Shown one piece after another: positions 58,019-64,000 of a DNA stretch of 64,000 bases (position 1 is the stretch's first letter; every line of letters starts with the position of its first letter). Made by a program: the position numbers and the translations under genes. The DNA lies in sequence record OQ411014.1. One strand, 5' to 3'. The notes under the pieces were generated by a model that was not told where the DNA came from, made no database searches, and worked only from the letters and a program-made list of their open reading frames with translations.

Positions 58019-58318
58019 ATGAAAATTGCACTAATCGCCCTGGCCTTGTCTGTTTCCTCTTTCGCCGCTACTGCATCGCGTGATGTACCAACTGAAAAAT
58101 TTATTCAGTGCCAGGTTATCATGACAGACGAAAACACGGGCGGCATGTTTACCAAACCGCTTGAATTAAATCCGGCGATGTTTAAGGCGGGGATGTTCCA
58201 CGAAGAAGACGAAAAAGGCAGTACTACAATCTATTACGACGAACAACGTAAACGCGGCACTGTTACGGTAATGGATGAATCATCAGTTACCTTTACGGGG
58301 ATCATTACCTGTAAGTAA
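58019..58318 (+). CDS. Early exported two-Cys protein
   Basis: Signal peptide MKIALIALALSVSSFA; IQC and C-terminal ITCK. Confidence 0.8.
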   Translation: MKIALIALALSVSSFAATASRDVPTEKFIQCQVIMTDENTGGMFTKPLELNPAMFKAGMFHEEDEKGSTTIYYDEQRKRGTVTVMDESSVTFTGIITCK

Positions 58319-58420
58319 TAAGGGGAATTATCATCATAACTTTCACTGGCGGTTAACAGTACTGAATCATAGGGGGAATAGTTCCCCCTTACTATATTAA
58401 ACATCAAAGGAGTAAAGGCA

Positions 58421-58690
58421 ATGGCTATCATCACGGCAAAGACTATCTATACTATTCAACATGGTAATCAGTCCTACCAGGTGGAAGGCGTGGAAGGTTT
58501 AAAACAGTACTGCGACGATATTATGGGCGGCCTGGTTGACCGTATGACGGCGGGGAATGTAGGCCATCATTTAACTGATAAGATGAATCAGCACGCTTTC
58601 TTGATGAAATCATTCGACGAGCTTGATCTAATCGTCGATACCGTTCGCAGTGTAAAACAGTATATTGATGATATAACCAAAGATGATTGA
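58421..58690 (+). CDS. Early hypothetical protein
   Basis: 89 aa; AAGGAG RBS. Confidence 0.8.
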   Translation: MAIITAKTIYTIQHGNQSYQVEGVEGLKQYCDDIMGGLVDRMTAGNVGHHLTDKMNQHAFLMKSFDELDLIVDTVRSVKQYIDDITKDD

Positions 58691-58872
58691 TAGTACTGTA
58701 AACGTGTATAAGCCTGTAGAATCAATTCTACGGGCTTTTTTGTTTTATATGATGTGTTAGCCTGGCTGGTGGCGTTAAGGCCGTTAGAATGCGATTGAGA
58801 GCGTCGAAAGTATTTTAAAAGTATTTTTAGAAAGTACTTGCACAGTACTGATAAAAGCGTATAATGTTTTAC

Positions 58873-58945
58873 ATCAGGACGGGGAAGCAAACTAGCTCAA
58901 CCGTTAAGTAGTCCAGGAGTAAGACATACGAAAACCTCCCCTGAT
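58873..58945 (+). ncRNA. Pseudoknot sRNA family, copy A
   Basis: Own promoter 58838-58865; AUCAGG/CCUGAU, ACGG/CCGU, GUAGUC/GAC-UAC and GGAG/CUCC pairings. Confidence 0.65.
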
Positions 58946-59024
58946 AAAGTACTAAAAAGTAGTTTGACAATAGAAAGTAAACGAGTATAATACTCACATC
59001 AACTTAACGAAAGGAATAAAAAAA

Positions 59025-59252
59025 ATGGCTATCATCATCACTCGCGTATCTGGTACAGTTGGCAATGCGGTAGTAGTAGCGGTTATCACTAACAAGAAAG
59101 GTGCGGAACTGCATTTTGCAATGAATAACTGGTCAGTGAATGAGTTCGGGCAGTTCGCTAGTGTAGAATACATTGAAACCTATCAAGTACCGACTATTAG
59201 CTTAACTGATTTAGGTGTCGAGCGTATCCTTTGCCTGGATGAATTAAACTGA
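59025..59252 (+). CDS. Early hypothetical protein
   Basis: Own promoter at 58964; AAGGA RBS. Confidence 0.8.
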   Translation: MAIIITRVSGTVGNAVVVAVITNKKGAELHFAMNNWSVNEFGQFASVEYIETYQVPTISLTDLGVERILCLDELN

Positions 59253-59339
59253 TAAAAAGTACTTGCACAGTACTGAAAAAAGCGTATAATGTTTTATATA
59301 GGGGGAAACAACTTCCCCCGCTAATTAAGGAATAAGAAA

Positions 59340-59552
59340 ATGGCTAATATCTGCACTGTACTGAAAAATGCAAAACAAGTTTTATTTTCTGACCATGAAA
59401 ATTTTAATAAAGATATTACAGGCGTTAAGAATATCAAAGATGTAAAAAGTGCAATAGGTATCTATTGCAATATGAAACGTGTTGGAACGTTCGGTGACAA
59501 GGTACTATATCAGGCAGGGGATTACAATTTTACACTGACTATCATTAACTAA
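59340..59552 (+). CDS. Early hypothetical protein
   Basis: Own promoter; AAGGA RBS. Confidence 0.8.
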   Translation: MANICTVLKNAKQVLFSDHENFNKDITGVKNIKDVKSAIGIYCNMKRVGTFGDKVLYQAGDYNFTLTIIN

Positions 59553-59638
59553 AAATATTATCACAGTACTATTGACATAATTTGATAGTACTGACATAAT
59601 AACTTTTATCAAGTACATACTATTAAGGAATTTAAAAA

Positions 59639-59818
59639 ATGGCTATCATCGCAAAAACTGAGATTCAAGGCTTAGATTCTATCCTCCTGGCTTATGAGTC
59701 CGAGAAAGGTTTATATGTTGTTTCCTATGGTGATTATATTCGTGACTTTGAAGAAATTGATCAAGCCTTTGAATGCTACATTCGCCAGGTGAATAAAGCA
59801 TACGACGATTACCGGTAA
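59639..59818 (+). CDS. Early acidic protein (59 aa; not in ORF track)
   Basis: MAIIAKTEIQG...; TTGACA-17-CATAAT promoter at 59572; AAGGA RBS. Confidence 0.75.
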   Translation: MAIIAKTEIQGLDSILLAYESEKGLYVVSYGDYIRDFEEIDQAFECYIRQVNKAYDDYR

Positions 59819-59901
59819 AATATTATCACAGTACTATTGACATAGTTTGATAGTACTGACATAATAACTTTTATCGAGTGCAACTATTAAGGAATACTAA
59901 A

Positions 59902-60153
59902 ATGCAATCTATCAGTACTTTAATCGATGCAGGTTATGATGTTCGTCGTTCCATGATCGCGGTTAGTTCTTCCCAGGTCGTTCAAAGTGGTTATGTATGT
60001 TTTGTTGTTCGTGGTACATTACAGGAGCGAGCAATAAACCACGATGTAAAGAATAATTGCTCTTACATTGTATTCCGAAAAGTCAAATATAAACTTGATG
60101 TTCCCGTAAAGCCTATTAGCGGGGCGTACAACGTAGAATCATTAAAAGCGTAA
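59902..60153 (+). CDS. Early hypothetical protein
   Basis: True start MQSIST; promoter at 59837. Confidence 0.75.
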   Translation: MQSISTLIDAGYDVRRSMIAVSSSQVVQSGYVCFVVRGTLQERAINHDVKNNCSYIVFRKVKYKLDVPVKPISGAYNVESLKA

Positions 60154-60221
60154 CAGCATAGCAGTACTGACCATTAACGCCGTAGCGGTCGATTTAGGCC
60201 GCTTATATTGAGGATTTAACT

Positions 60222-60611
60222 ATGAATACTAATCAAGTACTGAACGAAATCGAAAGCATCATTAAGCCGATGAAACGTGTTGATGCAATGCTAACACCGG
60301 AAGAAAGTCGCTTGTATGAGCGATACAGCGTCGAACAAGCCCAGGCGATGGCACGTATTCGCCCCGTTGCCAGTACTGACAAGGAAGATCCAACGTTAGC
60401 CATCCAAAAGAAGATCGACATCTTAGCGGCGAATATGTATATGATTGATGCGTCGCCAGGTAAAGTATTTGCGTATGATGATACAACTGAAAGCGATTTC
60501 TACTATAGCCTGGACGTGGGGGATCTTCCTATCGAGTCAGTGATTGAACATGTTGTAACTGTTGCTTATGATCATTTAGTTAAAAACAATGTTGACAGTA
60601 CTATCAAATAG
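60222..60611 (+). CDS. Early hypothetical protein
   Basis: 129 aa; GAGGA RBS. Confidence 0.8.
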   Translation: MNTNQVLNEIESIIKPMKRVDAMLTPEESRLYERYSVEQAQAMARIRPVASTDKEDPTLAIQKKIDILAANMYMIDASPGKVFAYDDTTESDFYYSLDVGDLPIESVIEHVVTVAYDHLVKNNVDSTIK

Positions 60612-60674
60612 CGTATAATGTTTTACATCGAGAGCGGGAATACTTCCCGCCTCACTAATTAAGGAATTAAAATT

Positions 60675-60908
60675 ATGATGCACATCCTTACTCTTACTCT
60701 GAATCACAAAACTTATGAAACTATCCTCGTCATCTCTGAGTCGCAGGAAAAGGTACGTGATCACGCGGCGAAAGTAATGCAGGCATTCAGTGAACGTTAT
60801 CCTACATGGGATCGTGATTATAGTATGTTACACATTGCCGATGGCAACGCGATAATGGTCCAGGACGTGCCAAATCACGGGGCTGAATCAGTACTAGTTT
60901 TATTTTAA
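60675..60908 (+). CDS. Early hypothetical protein
   Basis: Own promoter; AAGGA RBS. Confidence 0.8.
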   Translation: MMHILTLTLNHKTYETILVISESQEKVRDHAAKVMQAFSERYPTWDRDYSMLHIADGNAIMVQDVPNHGAESVLVLF

Positions 60909-60996
60909 AATAGTACTTGCATAGTACTGAAAAAAGCGTATAATGTTTTATATCGAGAGCGGGAATAGTTCCCGCCTTAACTAAAAGGGTAACATC

Positions 60997-61209
60997 ATGC
61001 AAGGTCAACTAATCGTTCGTAAATGGTCTGATACTAACGCTAAACCGTGGGATGTACAATACATCGCCCCAAATGGTGAATCCAGATATCAACCAGGTGT
61101 AACGCATAGTACTGAGCAATTCGCCGCCGCTCATCGCGAACGTCTGTTACAATCAATTCAGCAAGGTTCCGGTGAAAAATTCATTCAGGATCATTGGCTG
61201 AAAGATTAA
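60997..61209 (+). CDS. Early hypothetical protein
   Basis: Own promoter and RBS. Confidence 0.75.
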   Translation: MQGQLIVRKWSDTNAKPWDVQYIAPNGESRYQPGVTHSTEQFAAAHRERLLQSIQQGSGEKFIQDHWLKD

Positions 61210-61221
61210 CAAAAAAAGATT

Positions 61222-61313
61222 AAAAAAGGGATTGACTCCGGTCAGTCCTTTTTGCTATTATATACGCATCGAAACAATCTAGCCCACCGGGTGCATAAAT
61301 GTATCTTTTTTTT
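61222..61313 (+). ncRNA. Two-hairpin sRNA family, copy driven by a fused terminator/promoter
   Basis: TTGACT-18-TATTAT; core CCCACCGGGTGCAT at 61283-61296; ends in T8. Confidence 0.6.
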
Positions 61314-61386
61314 GCTGGTGGCTAGTACTGAAAACTATTTTTAAAAAGTACTTGCATTGTACTTAGAATAAAGTATAATGTTTTAC

Positions 61387-61459
61387 ATCAGGACGGGGAA
61401 CGAAACAAGTAACCCCGTTAAGTAGTCCAGGAGTAAGACATACGAAAACCTCCCCTGAT
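61387..61459 (+). ncRNA. Pseudoknot sRNA family, copy C
   Basis: Own promoter 61352-61379; ACGGGG/CCCCGU stem; 3' part identical to copy A. Confidence 0.65.
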
Positions 61460-61527
61460 AAAATAGTTTGACAATAGAAATTAAACGAGTATAATACTTA
61501 CATCAACTACTGTTAAGGAAACATAAA

Positions 61528-61803
61528 ATGCGGATTCTACTGACAGCTAACGAAATCGAACAAGTACTGACTACTAACCTGGAAGACTGGAAACGTGAAG
61601 CAGATATCCAGGCGGTTCAATTGCTTAACGATAAGTTAACGCCGGATGACTTAAGCAAAATTGTAGATCCTCAATTCTACGAAGATATCCACGACACCGC
61701 GTTAAGCGTCGAGGATGTACTTGATAAGCATTTTATTGATATTGATTTGCAGGTTTACGGTCGTAAAAACTTTATCACTATCCACGACATTTACAATAAT
61801 TAA
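61528..61803 (+). CDS. Early acidic protein
   Basis: Own promoter at 61468; AAGGA RBS. Confidence 0.8.
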   Translation: MRILLTANEIEQVLTTNLEDWKREADIQAVQLLNDKLTPDDLSKIVDPQFYEDIHDTALSVEDVLDKHFIDIDLQVYGRKNFITIHDIYNN

Positions 61804-61883
61804 GTATTGACAAAGTATCTTAGTACTGTATAATAGTTTACATCAAGGGGGGAATGGTTCCCCTCAAGTCCAGGAGATACACC

Positions 61884-62147
61884 ATGAACGCTATTGAAAT
61901 CACTATTAATGCACACGTATACGACAACGTAGTACTGCAAACTACTATGACCGCCAATGATAGCAGTACTTTGCGAAATACTGTTATCAGTGCCGTTTGT
62001 GCTGCTGTTGGTGATGTAGCACTGGAGAACGCACAACATATTAACCAGGCCTTTACTATGTGCAAGCGTGATAACTCAAAACATATTATCGTCGAAGGTG
62101 TAGGCGGTGTTGAATTTAACGTATACATGAAAAAGGTAACAGCATGA
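61884..62147 (+). CDS. Early hypothetical protein
   Basis: True start MNAIEI after AGGAG. Confidence 0.8.
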   Translation: MNAIEITINAHVYDNVVLQTTMTANDSSTLRNTVISAVCAAVGDVALENAQHINQAFTMCKRDNSKHIIVEGVGGVEFNVYMKKVTA

Positions 62148-62335
62148 CCGTCGATGAAGTCCGCAAAGTACTGGCAGCGTTACGCTATCATAATCATAGC
62201 AAGGTCATAAATGATCCTGATTATGTTGATTCAAGCCTGGAGGAAGACACCTTGAACGCGATTAGCTATATGCAAACGTTACTGAAGCGTATGACTGAGA
62301 AGAATAGATCTGATTTCATCGGTGATAAAATTTAA
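62144..62335 (+). CDS. Early hypothetical protein
   Basis: ATGA overlap. Confidence 0.7.
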   Translation: MTVDEVRKVLAALRYHNHSKVINDPDYVDSSLEEDTLNAISYMQTLLKRMTEKNRSDFIGDKI

Positions 62336-62423
62336 AAAGTACTTGCACAGTACTGATAAAAGCGTATAATGTTTTATATCGAGAGCGGGAATACTTCCCG
62401 CCTCACTATTAAGGGATAACAAA

Positions 62424-62642
62424 ATGAATTTAAATAAAGTCGAAACGAAAACTATGGTTGAAGCTATTAAACACGGTTTCACATTTAGAAATGATTCACA
62501 TTTTATTAATTTTCAACAAGGCCATAGAACTATTAAAAAACTAACAGACAAAGGTTTATTAGTAGAAGTGAATGAAGGGAACGGCGTGGAATATCGCCCT
62601 ACCCATGACGGTATTACATTTATGAAATACAGTGTAAAATAA
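62424..62642 (+). CDS. Early protein, winged-helix-like
   Basis: RTIKKLTDKGLLVEV...YRPTHDG pattern. Confidence 0.65.
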   Translation: MNLNKVETKTMVEAIKHGFTFRNDSHFINFQQGHRTIKKLTDKGLLVEVNEGNGVEYRPTHDGITFMKYSVK

Positions 62643-62735
62643 TTCAAAAAGTACTTGCACAGTACTGAGATTCAGGTATAATGTTTTACATAGAGCGGGG
62701 GAATGGTTCTCCCGCCTACATTAAGGAATAGAATC

Positions 62736-62960
62736 ATGACTACATACGCAGCACTCGAATCAGTAGTATCAGACCTGGCATTTGAATCTAAGCCGTTTGA
62801 TGCGATCTATAGTACTGATTACCGTGATGCCGTCCTGAATAGTACGCAGGAAGAAAAAGATAAACTTATCGCAACATACCATGAAGCATGGAAGTACTAC
62901 CGCCAATGGGAAAAAGAAGAAAGTGAGTCTACCATCGACGGCCTGAATAATTTAATTTAA
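62736..62960 (+). CDS. Early acidic protein
   Basis: True start MTTYAA after AAGGA. Confidence 0.8.
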   Translation: MTTYAALESVVSDLAFESKPFDAIYSTDYRDAVLNSTQEEKDKLIATYHEAWKYYRQWEKEESESTIDGLNNLI

Positions 62961-63046
62961 AAAGTTTTATTTCAGTACTATTGACATAGCTTGATAGTAC
63001 TGACATAATAACTTTTATCAAGTACATACTATTAAGGAAACAAATC

Positions 63047-63460
63047 ATGACTTCTCAAGCTCAAAACGTCCTGGCCCAAAATATTCAAGCTGACAAAAAT
63101 CATGCCGCTATGGTTGTTGGTTATATTCAAGCTATGCAATTCAGTACTGTACACAATGAGAACGGCGATTACCTGGAAGATTATGAGCTATCTGATGAAG
63201 CACGTCAAGCGGCGGTGATTGCATGTTCTCGTTTCCTTGAGAAACACGGTAATGATCTGGAAGTAGTTCGCGGCATGTTTATTGACTATAGTTATGAGAA
63301 AGCAGGTAATGATCTGTTTCTTACCCGCGAAGGTCACGGAACTGGTTTTTGGGATCGTGATTTAGGTCACTACAGCGATGTATTCACGAAGTACTGCGAA
63401 AGTATTAATGTTTGTGATCCGTACCTGGGCGATGATAACTTGATCTATATGGGTGAGTAA
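63047..63460 (+). CDS. Conserved phage hypothetical protein
   Basis: AGNDLFLTREGHGTGFWDR motif recalled from a widespread phage family; promoter at 62981. Confidence 0.8.
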   Translation: MTSQAQNVLAQNIQADKNHAAMVVGYIQAMQFSTVHNENGDYLEDYELSDEARQAAVIACSRFLEKHGNDLEVVRGMFIDYSYEKAGNDLFLTREGHGTGFWDRDLGHYSDVFTKYCESINVCDPYLGDDNLIYMGE

Positions 63461-63721
63461 ATGGCTGTAGGATTTGCAAAGGACGGAGCGGAGCAATTAG
63501 AGATTCTGGCGGTCGTGGAGGCCGCTGTACAGCACGCAAGAAATCAGCTAGGGGATAGTACTACTGAATCACTTAAACACTGTCAGGACTGTTTTAAGCC
63601 TATTCCTGAACGTCGTAGAGAACTGGTTAAAGGTTGCAAATATTGTATTGACTGTCAAACGGAATATGATACTATATTTAAACGAGATCCGCGTAATTGC
63701 TGGCATAGGTCGATGAGATAG
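63461..63721 (+). CDS. DksA/TraR-family C4 zinc-finger protein (YbiI-like)
   Basis: MAVGFAKDGA...ESLKHCQDCFKPIPERRRELVKGCKYCIDCQ follows the YbiI pattern (MASGWANDDA...ESL..CEECGAPIP.ARREA.PGV..CI.CQ). Confidence 0.85.
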   Translation: MAVGFAKDGAEQLEILAVVEAAVQHARNQLGDSTTESLKHCQDCFKPIPERRRELVKGCKYCIDCQTEYDTIFKRDPRNCWHRSMR

Positions 63722-63759
63722 GGGATCACTCCCCTGTTTTATTATTTCAGTACTGTAAC

Positions 63760-63837
63760 CTATAGATACATTTATGCACCCGGTGGGTTAGTTGTTGTCA
63801 TGGGATATATTATGCCAGTACTGGATAAGGTTGTCAA
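63760..63837 (-). ncRNA. Two-hairpin sRNA family, copy with promoter
   Basis: TTGACA-17-CATAAT; core at 63774-63787 followed by AAAUGUAUC, as in the 61283 copy. Confidence 0.6.
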
Positions 63838-63951
63838 CAATTATTTTGATGTAATTATTTTAAAAAAGTACTTGCACAGTACTGAAAAAGGCGTATAATG
63901 TTTTACATCGAGAGGGGGAATACTTCTCCCTGGTACATTAAGGAATAAAAA

Positions 63952-64000
63952 ATGAAAGCATCAAAAAAACGTAATACCAAGAAATCATCTTCAACGTTCG
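63952..64000 (+). CDS. Partial early gene (runs off the window)
   Basis: ATG after promoter 63872, stem and AAGGA RBS. Confidence 0.65.
   Translation, partial: MKASKKRNTKKSSSTF

Larger units (their letters stand above)
53299..63899 (+). promoter_or_regulatory. Array of ~27 early sigma70 promoters, most followed by the GCGGGAA-N3-TTCCCGC stem
   Basis: Consensus AAAAGTACTTGCAYAGTACTGAATAAAGCGTATAATGTTTTAYATCGAGAGCGGGAA; e.g. -35 at 53299, 53758, 54552, 55933, 56253, 56859, 58838, 59263, 60917, 62343, 62655, 63872. Confidence 0.9.

Noticed and set aside
58873-58948. Hammerhead or pistol ribozyme identity for the pseudoknot RNA (CUGAU, GAAA, UUAAGUAG)
   Set aside because: CUGAU is used in the closing stem and lies too close to GAAA for stems III and I; the topology differs from pistol
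53299-63930. CRISPR array or type I-E repeat mimic (GCGGGA/TTCCCGC arms)
   Set aside because: Repeats are separated by 200-700 bp genes, not uniform spacers; the arm order is the reverse of the I-E repeat hairpin; no cas genes
1-64000. tRNA or rRNA genes
   Set aside because: No cloverleaf with a GTTCRA T-loop and acceptor stem recognised by eye in the intergenic gaps; tRNAscan-SE would be decisive

Overview
A 64-kb segment of an AT-rich lytic jumbo phage genome infecting an enterobacterial host. Gene style points to the Rak2/GAP32/CBB/121Q-like myoviruses; this is recalled from memory, not from a database search. No integrase, tRNA, rRNA or CRISPR array was found. The window has four zones. 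(1) 1-33.3 kb: a dense plus-strand accessory region of small hypothetical, membrane and exported proteins. It also encodes a divergent sigma70-family factor, a T7 gp0.7-like kinase, a second minimal kinase, an HslV-like Ntn hydrolase, an AAA ATPase and a Vsr/DUF559-type homing endonuclease, and it contains an ORF-less, highly structured ~550-nt region at 7.9-8.45 kb. Many genes here follow a fused terminator/sigma70-promoter element, TTGAC-TTCG-GTC. (2) 33.4-50.4 kb: 14 tandem minus-strand beta-propeller genes (13 RCC1/BLIP-II-like, 1 Kelch), plus one orphan copy at 19.7 kb. All start with MLPF(V/A)RxxxYGN, and most have their own terminator/T4-type late-promoter cassette. (3) 51.2-53.3 kb: a non-coding, repeat-rich stretch that is a likely genome end or terminal-repeat junction. 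(4) 53.3-64 kb: an early host-takeover region with about 27 near-consensus sigma70 promoters, tiny genes and a YbiI/TraR-like protein. The strongest novelty candidates are in zone 4: two families of promoter-driven, ORF-less small structured RNAs with compensatory base changes between copies (a 3-copy pseudoknot RNA and an 8-copy two-hairpin RNA). The palindrome AGTACT is strongly over-represented across the window and sits inside promoters and terminators.
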